A DNA stretch of 64,000 nt from Alphaproteobacteria bacterium. GTDB taxonomy: Bacteria > Pseudomonadota > Alphaproteobacteria > Rs-D84. Below the pieces are notes generated by a model. The model searched no databases. It worked only from the letters and a program-made list of their open reading frames with translations, and was not told the origin of the DNA. The stretch lies in contig JAWPOC010000016.1 in assembly GCA_033345235.1 (NCBI GenBank), positions 298 to 64,297 of the forward strand, written 5' to 3'. A program made the translations under genes and the position numbers. Positions 19,993 through 30,500 of this stretch are shown here, one piece after another. Position 1 is the stretch's first letter; each line of letters opens with the position of its first letter.

Positions 19993-21981
19993 TTATTTAT
20001 ATTCTGAACCTATTTCGAAAGTTGCGTCCAATTCAATAATGTTATTTGAATCATCACCGCACTTTAATTCAGATGCACTGCACATCATGCCGAACGATTC
20101 TGTGCCTGCAACAGTGCGTTGTACCAGCGGCTTTTTCATACCTGGTAAAACACAACCCACAGGTGCCAAAACGCTACGCAATCCAACGCGTACATTTGGC
20201 GCACCACATACAATTTGTACAGGCGAATCCGCGCCATAATTTACAGATAAAATATGCAAATCTTCACGTGATGGGTGATTTTTTACATCAATAATTTCTG
20301 CAACAATTGGCTTTGGCGAAGTGTCTTCTTTTTTAACAGTATATTTTTCTGTCATCTTGGCGATTGCGTCTTCGTCAATTCTGTTAAACAGGTTTTCAGG
20401 CACTGTAAACGTCGCACCATCTGGGATACGATGTTCGTATTTCTCAGGCCAAGATAAATCATGCGTGTCCGCAAAGATATTTTGCATTTTTGCCGCGGCA
20501 TCTGGGATAAATGGCGCAGATACACGTGCAAATAAATCAATCATTTGAAAACATTCGTTTAATACATTACCTGCCTTGGTAACATCACCGTTTTTAACCA
20601 ATGCCCAAGGTTCTTGTTTTGTCATATATTCGTTACCAATTGCATATAAACCACGCAGTGCAAATATCGCATTTCTGAATTCACATGCGTCCAGCGCACG
20701 TGTCAATTCTGATACCTTTTCATTTAATTGATTTTCTAAATCCGTATCTTTTTCACCAGCACTTGGTACATTATTACCAAAATTTTTCGCAGTTAATTTA
20801 CATACACGTGAAACAAAGTTACCCAACATACCGTTCAAGTCTTTGTTTACAATATCCGCAAAACGAGAGATTGTAAAGTCTGTATCATCTGTTTCTGGGG
20901 CAGATGCCAACAGTGCATAACGCCATGCGTCCGCAGGCGCATCGGTAATCGCATCGTTTAAGAACACGCCATTACCCTTGGACTTAGAAATTTTATCACC
21001 ATTAAAGTTCATAAAGTTAAATGCTTTTAACAAATCAACTGTTTTCCAATTGTCGTTCATCGCCAATTCTTGGGCAGGGAAAAAGATTGAATGAAAAGAC
21101 ACATTATCTTTACCCATAAATTGCGCATAATGAACATCATCACCACCATGCCACCAATCTGCCCAATTTTCATTTGCCGCCTGAGAAATTGATACATATC
21201 CCCATGGTGCATCAAACCAAACATAAAAAACTTTGTTTTCATAACCTGGTTTATTTACAGGAATTCCCCATTTCAAATCACGGGTTATTGGGCCGTCTTG
21301 CAAACCTTCGCTTAGCCATTTATTCGCAATTGCCAATGCTGTTTTTGGCCACCCAACACGTGAATCAATCCATGCACGCAAGGCATCTTGCATTGCGCTG
21401 TATTTGAAATACAAATGCTTTGTTTCGCGCATTTCAACAGGTGAATCTGGCACAACCGCACTGTGTGGATTTATCAATTGTGCAGGTTCCAAATTCGCAA
21501 AACATTTATCACATTCATTACCATACGCACGTTCATAACCACACTTTGGACATGTACCAACAACAAATCGGTCTGCCAAGAATTTTTCTTCTTTGACGGA
21601 ATAGGGCTGCATTGACACTTTTTCTTCCAATAACCCACGAGATTCAAGGCGCAAAAATAAATCTTGTATTAACTTTTCATGTAATTTTGTGTGTGTACGA
21701 CCAAACAAATCAAATGACAAATTAAAGTCTTTGACTGATTTTATCTGTAATGCACGATATTTTTCAACATAGTCTGTAACAGGCATATTTTCTTTGTACG
21801 CGCCAATTTCACTGGCTGTGCCATGTTCATCGGAACCACAAACAAATAAAACATCACGTTTCATTGCCCTGCAAAAACGTGCATAGACATCACTGGGTAA
21901 CAAACAACCAATTAAATGCCCGATGTGTAAATGATTATTTACGTATGGTAATGCAGATGTAATTAAATATTTTTTTGCCAT
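19993..21981 (-). CDS. metG: methionine--tRNA ligase with C-terminal OB-fold
   Basis: ITSALPY, HIGH, YVWFDA, KISKS. Confidence 0.97.
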   Translation of the reverse strand: MAKKYLITSALPYVNNHLHIGHLIGCLLPSDVYARFCRAMKRDVLFVCGSDEHGTASEIGAYKENMPVTDYVEKYRALQIKSVKDFNLSFDLFGRTHTKLHEKLIQDLFLRLESRGLLEEKVSMQPYSVKEEKFLADRFVVGTCPKCGYERAYGNECDKCFANLEPAQLINPHSAVVPDSPVEMRETKHLYFKYSAMQDALRAWIDSRVGWPKTALAIANKWLSEGLQDGPITRDLKWGIPVNKPGYENKVFYVWFDAPWGYVSISQAANENWADWWHGGDDVHYAQFMGKDNVSFHSIFFPAQELAMNDNWKTVDLLKAFNFMNFNGDKISKSKGNGVFLNDAITDAPADAWRYALLASAPETDDTDFTISRFADIVNKDLNGMLGNFVSRVCKLTAKNFGNNVPSAGEKDTDLENQLNEKVSELTRALDACEFRNAIFALRGLYAIGNEYMTKQEPWALVKNGDVTKAGNVLNECFQMIDLFARVSAPFIPDAAAKMQNIFADTHDLSWPEKYEHRIPDGATFTVPENLFNRIDEDAIAKMTEKYTVKKEDTSPKPIVAEIIDVKNHPSREDLHILSVNYGADSPVQIVCGAPNVRVGLRSVLAPVGCVLPGMKKPLVQRTVAGTESFGMMCSASELKCGDDSNNIIELDATFEIGSEYK

Positions 21982-21999
21982 TTCTATGCCCTTTGTTAT

Positions 22000-22090
22000 A
22001 AAAAAATGATGCCAACGGGGGCATCATCTGATTCCCGTTGAAAAATTTCTAAGATTAAAATTGCATTCGCATTATTTTATTTTCCTTAAA
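22000..22090 (-). promoter_or_regulatory. putative metG attenuator: leader peptide MRMQF (22072..22055) plus antiterminator/terminator
   Basis: AAGGA SD, ATG CGA ATG CAA TTT TAA; CAACGGG/CCCGTTG competes with ATGATGCC/GGCATCAT-U tract. Confidence 0.6.
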
Positions 22091-22125
22091 ATTCTTGGTA
22101 TTCCATACGAAGCCTTGGCAAAGTA

Positions 22126-22202
22126 TGGTGGGTGGTATTGGGCTCGAACCAACGACCTTTACGATGTCAACGTAACGCTCTAGCCAACTGAGCTAACCAC
22201 CC
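22126..22202 (-). tRNA. tRNA-Val(GAC)
   Basis: Cloverleaf GGGTGGTTAGCTCAG...TTGACAT...GTTCGAG...ACCA. Confidence 0.96.
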
Positions 22203-22300
22203 AAAGCAGACCGATTATAACAAAGTTTTTTACAAAAGCAAATATTTATATCAATTTCGCTGGAAATAATAAAAAAGATATACTATAGTCTGTGCACGTC

Positions 22301-22376
22301 GCCGGTATAGCTCAGTTGGTAGAGCATCTCATTCGTAATGAGGGGGTCGTAGGTTCAAGTCCTATTACCGGCACCA
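22301..22376 (+). tRNA. tRNA-Thr(CGT)
   Basis: GCCGGTATAGCTCAG...TTCGTAA...GTTCAAG...ACCA. Confidence 0.96.
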
Positions 22377-22406
22377 GAATTAAAATACCGCCCAATGGGC
22401 GGCGTT

Positions 22407-22871
22407 TTATTTTCTGTTCTTTCTGAATTCATCCAATGACACAACGCGACCTGGGTCTGGTACTGTGTCCGGATTTTCATCCAGTGGTAATTCCATATCA
22501 TTATCCGCAGATTGCGATTGTGGCTTTGGCTGAAAAGATAACATAAAATCAACAGATGGATCTTTGAATTCAACCAACGCAGAAAAAGGTACACGAATGA
22601 AAAATGGTCGACCATCAAATGTCAGCTGAACCCCAAATTCTTTGTCTGATACATGCAAGTTGTTATATGAATATTGCAAGACAATTGTCATAATATCCGG
22701 ATAACGTATACGCAAGAAATCCGGCAAAACAACCCCACTGTCACGCGTACGAAATGTTATAAAAAAGTGCGTCCCATCACCCAACCCATTAAATTGAGCA
22801 TGAATCAATGCATCTTTTACAACAGACTTTAATGCGTTATCTAGTAATGTTTGATAATCTATACGTGCCAT
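22407..22871 (-). CDS. sspB: ClpXP adaptor SspB (alphaproteobacterial type)
   Basis: HFFITF.T...GV, YP..MTIVLQ, C-terminal VVSLDEFRK. Confidence 0.9.
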   Translation of the reverse strand: MARIDYQTLLDNALKSVVKDALIHAQFNGLGDGTHFFITFRTRDSGVVLPDFLRIRYPDIMTIVLQYSYNNLHVSDKEFGVQLTFDGRPFFIRVPFSALVEFKDPSVDFMLSFQPKPQSQSADNDMELPLDENPDTVPDPGRVVSLDEFRKNRK

Positions 22872-22875
22872 ATTT

Positions 22876-23955
22876 TTACTCCCTGCATACTATATTATTA
22901 ATTTGCCCATTATGGCAAGTAACAAATACTGAATTTGGAACATCTTTGAAAACATCTTGTTCTAGGCCGGTAGCCCAAACCTGAGCATTCAAATCCCCAA
23001 GTTTTCTGAATAATTCTGCACGCGCATTTGAATCCAGATGTGCAGCAGCTTCATCCAATAAAATCACTGATTTGCGACCTGTTTTTGTAAAGACTAACTT
23101 TGTATGCGCCAATATTAATTCTATCAAGACGGTTTTTTGTTGACCTGTACTGGTTAAATGTGCAGGCAAATTTTGTTTCTTGTTAAATACACCAAAGTCT
23201 GATTTATGCGGCCCATCAATTATCATTTTGTCGCCGACAAGCGTCCTATTATCACGCAAGTATTCCATATAAGAACGCTCTACATCACCTGCGGACATAC
23301 CTTGGATTAACATTTGTTCCAGTTTTCCAGAAACAGAAACCGCACAATCTGATAAAAAATAATTTAACTGTCCTGCGTATTGAATACGCGATGCAGCCAC
23401 CGCGACAGATGTCCCTGCAATTTGCGTATCCAGCGCATCCAGCCAATGCATATCTGCACCTGATTTTAATGCATATGCACGTTCGGTAAATAATTTAGAT
23501 AACTTTGCACAACGCCCAGAATGCGACACATCAAAACACGTTGCCAAACGGTCGAAAAAAGCACGTCTGTCAGATGCACTGTCTATGAACAATCTATCTT
23601 CTTTTGGGGTCAGCCACACAATATGTAAACACTTTGATAAATCAGCAAGTGACGCATTATCGCCATCGATTTTTGCATGTCTGTTTGTATCACCAGAATT
23701 ATAAAAAACAGATATATCTGAGGCATCAATTAAATTCGCAAAAACACAAAAACCGCCACTGCCATCAAAACGCGAAATATCAGACATCTGAGCGCCACGC
23801 ATACCACGATCACCAGATAACATCGATACAGCTTCTAAGATTGCTGTCTTACCCGCGCCATTTGGGCCTGTGATTATAATATTACCCCGCCCGTATGTTG
23901 ATATACGACACGCGCTGTGGTTTCTAAAATCAGTCAGTGATATGGATTCAATCAT
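22876..23955 (-). CDS. recF: DNA replication/repair protein RecF
   Basis: FRN, GPNGAGKT.ILEA, RRAFFDR, GPHKSD, STGQQK, LLDE..AHLD; start near MIESIS. Confidence 0.93.
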   Translation of the reverse strand: MIESISLTDFRNHSACRISTYGRGNIIITGPNGAGKTAILEAVSMLSGDRGMRGAQMSDISRFDGSGGFCVFANLIDASDISVFYNSGDTNRHAKIDGDNASLADLSKCLHIVWLTPKEDRLFIDSASDRRAFFDRLATCFDVSHSGRCAKLSKLFTERAYALKSGADMHWLDALDTQIAGTSVAVAASRIQYAGQLNYFLSDCAVSVSGKLEQMLIQGMSAGDVERSYMEYLRDNRTLVGDKMIIDGPHKSDFGVFNKKQNLPAHLTSTGQQKTVLIELILAHTKLVFTKTGRKSVILLDEAAAHLDSNARAELFRKLGDLNAQVWATGLEQDVFKDVPNSVFVTCHNGQINNIVCRE

Positions 23956-23968
23956 AATTGTTATCATA

Positions 23969-24224
23969 CACAATAAAAAAAACGCCCGCAAGGGACGATT
24001 TTTATTGTGGAGGCCTGGGTCGGAATGTTCACATCGCCCAATGGGCGACCGTTGCTGAACGCAACTTGATTCACCACTCGCACAGGTTTGCTGCGTAATT
24101 TAATATTTGCTACTTGCAAACCTTGGCTCGTATGCGAACCGGCGCCGGTTCTCCGCACCACAATTTCACAATAAAAAAACGCCCCAAAAGGGACGATTTT
24201 TATTGTGGAGGCCTGGGTCGGAAT
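23969..24224 (-). repeat. tRNA-Cys-linked direct repeat (about 58 bp, period 198) enclosing a structured spacer of about 140 nt
   Basis: The last 19 nt of tRNA-Cys plus its terminator occur twice (23969..24026 and 24167..24224). Confidence 0.85.
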
Positions 24225-24279
24225 CGAACCGGCATCCAAGGATTTGCAGTCCTCTGCATAACCACTCTGCCACCAGGCC
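24206..24279 (-). tRNA. tRNA-Cys(GCA)
   Basis: GGCCTGGTGGCAGAGTGG...CTGCAAA...GTTCGATT...TCCA, 74 nt. Confidence 0.96.
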
Positions 24280-24370
24280 AAAACAGTGAGAGTATATTAA
24301 GCAAAAAAAAATTGTATTTCAAGATAAAAATGGTATTATTATAAAGATATTTATTTATGAGAGAGAATAT

Positions 24371-25708
24371 ATGAAAAATTTGTCCTTGTTTTTAGCACTT
24401 TGTGCGCCGTTTCCTGCATTTTGTAATATTGACAGTTGTATGACCGCAACCACTGCACCGGATTATGTTCTTAACCTGCCACAGGTTATTGAAATGGGAT
24501 TATGCCGTAACCCACAAACAGCCGCGTCTTATTTAGCATATGAAACTGCACGTTTTTCTAAAAACGCCAGTTATGCTAACTATCTGCCTGACCTTAGCGC
24601 GTCTGCTGGGACATCTTTGTCGTACAGGGATAAAGAATGGGGGGATGAATGGTCATACAGCGCGTCCTTGTCTGCATCTTATCTGCTGTTCGATTTCGGC
24701 AAAAGGTTATCTGATGTTAACCAATCTGTCGCTTCTTGGCGGGCAGCTGGATTTGACTATGATGAAAATGTTCAAAATTATATCTATGGATTAATTGGGT
24801 CTTATTACGCGTTACTGAATGCAGATGCAGACGTAAAATCTGCCGAAATGTTGCGAAAAGTTGCAAAAACAGCACTGGATACCGCACAGAAAAAATTCAA
24901 AGCAGGATCTGTTGCACGCGCAGATGTATTAAAAGCAGAAACAACAATGGCCAGTCGCGACTTGGATTTAGAACGCGCAAAAAACAATCGTGAAATCGCC
25001 AAAGGAACACTGCTTAGCAAACTGTCTTTTTCTGCAGACCAAGATATTAAAATCGCAGATATGCCATCGGAATTTGGTGCACCACAAGAAACAAAATCTT
25101 TGGACGAATTGTTCGAACAAGCACAAAAAACCAGACCTGATTTGTTACGCGCAACCGCAAACAAAGACGCTGCGTGGCACCGCAGAAACAGCACTTTTTT
25201 AAGTAACCTGCCTTCGATTTCTGCATCTGGATCTTTGTCTTGGGACAAAGAACCGCCCGTCGTTGGACAAGATAGAATTGGTGGCAGTGTCGGTATTCGC
25301 GCATCTATGCCGCTGTTTGCAGGTTTTGCAAATATGTATAACTTGCGCAGCGCACAGGCAAACTATGACCGCGCAATCGAACAAGAACGTGCAACACAAG
25401 ATAATGCCTCACTGGATATATTTACAGCGTATAAAAATTACAAGACTGCACAAACTGTGCTGAAACAAACAGAAACATTATTAAAGTCCGCAACAGAAAG
25501 TGAAAAAGTAACCGCAGGAATGTATAAAGTCGGACGTGCAACTATGTTGGATTGGCAAACTGCACAATCAGAATTGGTCAGTGCTGAAAAACAAAATAAT
25601 GCCGCAAAGTATGACTTGTTTACTAAACGCGCTGCGGTGGCGTTGGCTGTCGGCGAAATTAAAACAGAACTATCAAAGGAAGAAGAATATGGCACAACGG
25701 AAGAATAA
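24371..25708 (+). CDS. TolC family outer-membrane efflux protein
   Basis: Signal peptide, NP...P.LS, LFDFG, PLFAG repeats. Confidence 0.9.
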   Translation: MKNLSLFLALCAPFPAFCNIDSCMTATTAPDYVLNLPQVIEMGLCRNPQTAASYLAYETARFSKNASYANYLPDLSASAGTSLSYRDKEWGDEWSYSASLSASYLLFDFGKRLSDVNQSVASWRAAGFDYDENVQNYIYGLIGSYYALLNADADVKSAEMLRKVAKTALDTAQKKFKAGSVARADVLKAETTMASRDLDLERAKNNREIAKGTLLSKLSFSADQDIKIADMPSEFGAPQETKSLDELFEQAQKTRPDLLRATANKDAAWHRRNSTFLSNLPSISASGSLSWDKEPPVVGQDRIGGSVGIRASMPLFAGFANMYNLRSAQANYDRAIEQERATQDNASLDIFTAYKNYKTAQTVLKQTETLLKSATESEKVTAGMYKVGRATMLDWQTAQSELVSAEKQNNAAKYDLFTKRAAVALAVGEIKTELSKEEEYGTTEE

Positions 25709-26918
25709 ACCACAAGCACCTGCACCTGTCGCACCAACTGAAAAAAAACAATCGATAACAAAACGATTTTTTAAGTTTATTTGGCGTAAAAAATGGTGGA
25801 TTTTGTTGATTGCCGCCGCAGTAGTTGTTATCAAATTAACACTTGGTGACACGACTGATAAAAAACAAGAATTTGCCACAATAAATATAACACGTGGTGA
25901 TTTACGTCACGTTGTTAGTGCAACTGGTGAAATAAGACCTTTGAATACTGTAAACGTTGGGTCACAAGTATCAGGTACAATTGACAACCTGTATGTCGAC
26001 TTTAACTCCAAGGTTAAAAAAGGTGATATTCTGCTGACAATTGAACCTTCTGTGTTACAGGCGTCTGTTGATGAAGCAAAAGCTTCTTTGGTCAGTGCAG
26101 AATCACAACGTAACTATGCCAAGGCAGAATATGAACGTAATAAAACACTGTATGACGAAGGCTTTATTTCACGCGCAGAAATGGAAAAATCACAAACAAC
26201 ATATGAACAAGCAGAACAATCTGTTAATCGTGCACAGTCACAATTTGAACGTGCCGTTACAAATTTAGGATATGCAACAATTATATCACCGGTGGACGGA
26301 ACAGTTATTTCACGTAAAGTTGATGTTGGTCAAACTGTGGCGGCATCATTCCAAACACCTGACTTGTTCGAAATTGCCGAAGATTTAACAAAAATGCAAA
26401 TTGAAACATCTGTGTCAGAGGCGGATATTGGTGTTATCAAAGAAGGACAAAATGTTTCTTTCTCGGTCGATGCATACCCAACAGAAACATTTAATGGACT
26501 GGTTCGTCAAATCCGCTTGTCACCCACAACAACATCTAATGTTGTGGTGTATACTGTTGTAATTGATGTCGATAACAAAGACCTGCGCCTTATGCCTGGA
26601 ATGACCGCATTTGTTACAATAATTATATCTGAAAAAGAAAATGTATGGAAAGCAACAAATTCTGCTTTCTTGGTACGTAATTTTGACCATATCGTTGAAA
26701 ATTCAAATGGGGCAACACCTGCAACACATTTGGCCTTGCTGCGTAATGGCGAAATTGTTTTTATCCCATATACCAAAGGTTTATCAACCGCCACAGAAAC
26801 AGAAATTGTTTCCGAAGAAATCGAAATGGGCGATAAAATCGTAACAGGACGCATTGGTTCATTAAAACCAAATCCAAATAATAATATGAATCCTATGCGT
26901 GGCGGCCCCAGACGTTAA
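25689..26918 (+). CDS. MacA-like efflux periplasmic adaptor
   Basis: V.VGSQVSG.I..LYVDFN, SPVDG.VI, GQTVAASFQTP, VSEADIG. Confidence 0.92.
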   Translation: MAQRKNKPQAPAPVAPTEKKQSITKRFFKFIWRKKWWILLIAAAVVVIKLTLGDTTDKKQEFATINITRGDLRHVVSATGEIRPLNTVNVGSQVSGTIDNLYVDFNSKVKKGDILLTIEPSVLQASVDEAKASLVSAESQRNYAKAEYERNKTLYDEGFISRAEMEKSQTTYEQAEQSVNRAQSQFERAVTNLGYATIISPVDGTVISRKVDVGQTVAASFQTPDLFEIAEDLTKMQIETSVSEADIGVIKEGQNVSFSVDAYPTETFNGLVRQIRLSPTTTSNVVVYTVVIDVDNKDLRLMPGMTAFVTIIISEKENVWKATNSAFLVRNFDHIVENSNGATPATHLALLRNGEIVFIPYTKGLSTATETEIVSEEIEMGDKIVTGRIGSLKPNPNNNMNPMRGGPRR

Positions 26919-26959
26919 AAAACCGGCAAATGCCGGTTTTTTTTTACAAATATATTTTA

Positions 26960-27376
26960 TTATTTTTCCATTTGTTGCATCTGTTTTGTTAAAAACGTAT
27001 TAAATTCTTGTATTTTGATAATTTCATTTTTTGAATGTACGATGTTTAGTTGTTTTGTATACGCATTTTCTACTTTTTCAAACAGCATATTTGCTAAATT
27101 TTCGTCTTTTGTTTCAAAAGTATTACCAGAACCTTTGGATTTAAAATTTATAGCCTTGTACGTTTCTGGTTCTGGCTGTTTTTTAGTTTCAAAAACAAAA
27201 TGTATTGTATTATCCCTTTCTGACAAAGTATCACCTGTTCTTACAACAAAACAAAATTCCTTGATACCATTATCTTTTTCCAAGGTTGTTCTGTTAATAT
27301 ATTTTTTATACAAGAACTTTTGCATTGTTTCCACAACAGCCTTGCATTGTGTTGAATATTTTGCCTGTAAATTCAT
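26960..27376 (-). CDS. hypothetical protein
   Basis: AT-rich ORF; AAGG SD before MNLQAKY. Confidence 0.65.
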   Translation of the reverse strand: MNLQAKYSTQCKAVVETMQKFLYKKYINRTTLEKDNGIKEFCFVVRTGDTLSERDNTIHFVFETKKQPEPETYKAINFKSKGSGNTFETKDENLANMLFEKVENAYTKQLNIVHSKNEIIKIQEFNTFLTKQMQQMEK

Positions 27377-27479
27377 ATTTTTACCTTTATCTATACGCAA
27401 AAATACCATAAAAAAAGGTTTTGTCAAATTTTAATACATTGCTTGATTTTTGTGTTTTTTGGTTGTATGCTAAGGTACG

Positions 27480-27561
27480 ATGAAACAACAAATAATAATT
27501 ATTATTAAATAAATGGTAACTGCGCTTTGGCGGTTGCTGGGGCGCATAGGCGCCTTTTTTT
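27480..27561 (+). promoter_or_regulatory. ileS attenuator: leader peptide MKQQIIIIIK (27480..27512) plus antiterminator/terminator
   Basis: ATG AAA CAA CAA ATA ATA ATT ATT ATT AAA TAA; TGCGCTTTGGCG/TGCTGGGGCGCA overlaps GGCGC-atag-GCGCC-T7. Confidence 0.85.
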
Positions 27562-27585
27562 AATATTAAAACGGAGTAAATAATT

Positions 27586-30500
27586 ATGGCATACCCAAAA
27601 ACAGATGCACGTCCGGACTTTACGGCCTTGGAACAGGTGGTGTTGGCGTCTTGGAATAAAAACGACACTTTTCATAAGTCTTTGGAACAGACTAAACAAG
27701 GTGAACCTTTTTGTTTTTACGATGGGCCACCTTTTGCCAATGGTTTACCACACTGGGGGCATTTGGGCGTAACTGTGGTCAAAGATATGATCGCACGTTT
27801 TCAAACGATGAATGGTCGATATGTAAAACGTGAACTGGGTTGGGATTGCCATGGATTGCCGGCTGAAAACTCGGTCGAAAAAAAACAAGGACGTCGTGCC
27901 AAAGATATAGTTGCAAATGACGGCATCGATGCGTTTTGCGATATGTGCAGAACAGATGTTATGACATATACAAATGAATGGAATCGTTTTATTTCTCGTA
28001 TGGGGCGCTGGGTTGATATTGGCGATAACTATGGTTATAAAACAATGAATAAAAACTATATGGAATCAATGCTGTGGACATTAAAGTCTCTGTATGACAA
28101 AGGTTTGTTATACAAAGATTACAGTGTCAATCCATACGATTGGGTAAATGGTACTGTTGTTTCTAATTCCGAAGCTTCCCAAGATTATCGTGAAATTGTT
28201 GATGATGCGTTAACTGTATGGTTCGAACTGGAAAACGGGGACAGGGCAATTGCATGGACAACAACACCATGGACATTGCCTGCAAATTCTGCGTTGGCAG
28301 TTAATCCAAATATGACATATCTGCGCATGCAAGATACTGATGGTGCTGTTTATGTTATCGCAGAAAGCCGCTTGAAAGCCTATGAAAAGCAATTTGCAAA
28401 CGCAACTGAAATCGGTCGTATCAAAGGATCTGATTTAGTTGGTATGCATTACAGTCCTTTATTCCCATACTATGCAGGCACATCTGAATTATTGTTTCAG
28501 GTAATACCTGCGGATTATGTATCAGACAGTGATGGTACAGGTATTGTGCATATCGCACCTGCATACGGTTCCGAAGATTTTTGGGCAGCAAAAAATGTTA
28601 ATCCAAAATTCCCTGTGTTATTAAACGTTGATACGTATGGTAACTTTGATGAAACAGTTACAGATTTTGCGGGCGAAAATATTTTCGCAGCCACACCAAA
28701 GATAATAGATTGGTTAAAAACAAATGGCAAACTGGTCAAAAAAGAACAATATAAACACAGTTACCCATTTGGTGACCGCAGTAAAGAAAAATTAATTCAA
28801 CGTGCAACTGATTCTTGGTATATCGACGTTCCAAAAATCAAAGATAAATTATTGGCAAATAATGCCAAGGTAACATGGACATCTGCAGGTGAAAGATTCC
28901 GTTCTTGGATTGAAAATGCACGTCCTTGGTCAATATCCAGAAATCGTTTCTGGGGTATGCCTTTGCCAATCTGGGAACGCGACGGCGAATTCAAAGTGTT
29001 CGGTTCAATCACAGAACTGGAAGAATTTTTCGGTGTGACAGTTAATGATTTACACCGTCCAACATTGGATAAATTAACACGTGATGGATGGACACGCATC
29101 CCAGACGTATTAGATTGCTGGGTGGAAAGTGGTTCTATGCCATGGGCGTCTTTGCATTATCCATTTGAAAATGTAGACGTGTTTGAAAAATCTTTCCCTG
29201 CGGATTATATCATCGAAGGTCAAGACCAAACACGTGGTTGGTTCTATGCGTTAATGGTGCTGGCAACCGCACTGTTTGATAAACCTGCGTTCAAGGCAGT
29301 GTCTGCAAACGGTATGGTGGTCGATGAAAATAAAAAGAAATTTTCAAAATCATTAAAGAATTTTGTCGACCCTTCACAACAAATTGAACAATATGGCGCA
29401 GATTCTGTTCGTCTGTTTATATTGGGTTCAAACTTTATGAAAGCAGAACCAGTACCAGTAGATAAAGAAGGTAAAGTTTTCTTGGATTCTGGCAAGGTGA
29501 TTTTAACACCACTGTGGATGGCATATCATTTCTTTACATTGTATGCAAATCCTGCAAATATTACTGCGCGTCTTGTTAAAACATCTGAAAATGCGCTGGA
29601 TAAATATATATTGTCAGAATTAAACGTTCTGACAGACGTTGTTAAAAAGTCATTACAAGAATATAAACCTGACGTCGCAATCAAAGAATTTGTACGTTTC
29701 TTGGATGTGTTAAACAATTGGTACATACGTCGTGGTCGCGCACGTTTCTGGGACGAAGAACAATGCGCATTTGATGTGCTGTATACAGTACTGACAACAT
29801 TTTGCCGCCTATTGGCGCCGTTTGCACCGTTCGTATCAGATTATATATATACAAATCTGACTGGCGAAGAATCTGTGCATTTAACGACTTTCCCTGCGGC
29901 AGATGCAGCAGACACAAATATCGTTAATGATATGCGTCGTGTCCAATCAATTGTATCTGTTGGAAACCAGTTGCGCGAACAATATAAATTACGTAATCGT
30001 TTACCACTGAACTCTGTAACAATCGCAGGCGCAAATATGCCAGAATATGCAGGCATTATCAAAGAAGAACTAAATGTCAAAAATGTGAAATTCGATGATA
30101 ATGTTTCAAACGTAGCAGACAGCTTTGTTTACCTGATTACACCAAAAATTGGCGCAAGATTAGGTGGTGCATTAAAGGATATAATTCCATCTGTTAAACG
30201 TGGTGATTATGAAATCATTGATGGTACTTTACACGCCGCAGGTCATATATTAAACCCTGATGAATTCGAAGTCAGATTGACGGTGCGTTCCGATGTATCT
30301 GGTGCTGCATTGCCAGATAACACAGCCGTTGTTGTTCTGGATACAGAAGTTAATTCAGAACTGGTTGCCGAAGGTCTGGCAAATGATGCGTTGCGCTTTA
30401 TCCAAGATACACGCAAAGCCGCAGGACTGGATGTATCAGACAGAGTTATTTTGACTTATTCAGCAGACCCAGCATTGGCAATTGCCATAGAACAACATAA

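Noticed and set aside
23870-24344. ORFs overlapping tRNA-Cys and its repeat
   Set aside because: They are translations of tRNA and repeat sequence
27430-27585. T-box riboswitch before ileS
   Set aside because: Leader is too short, with no T-box consensus or stem I; the leader peptide explains the region
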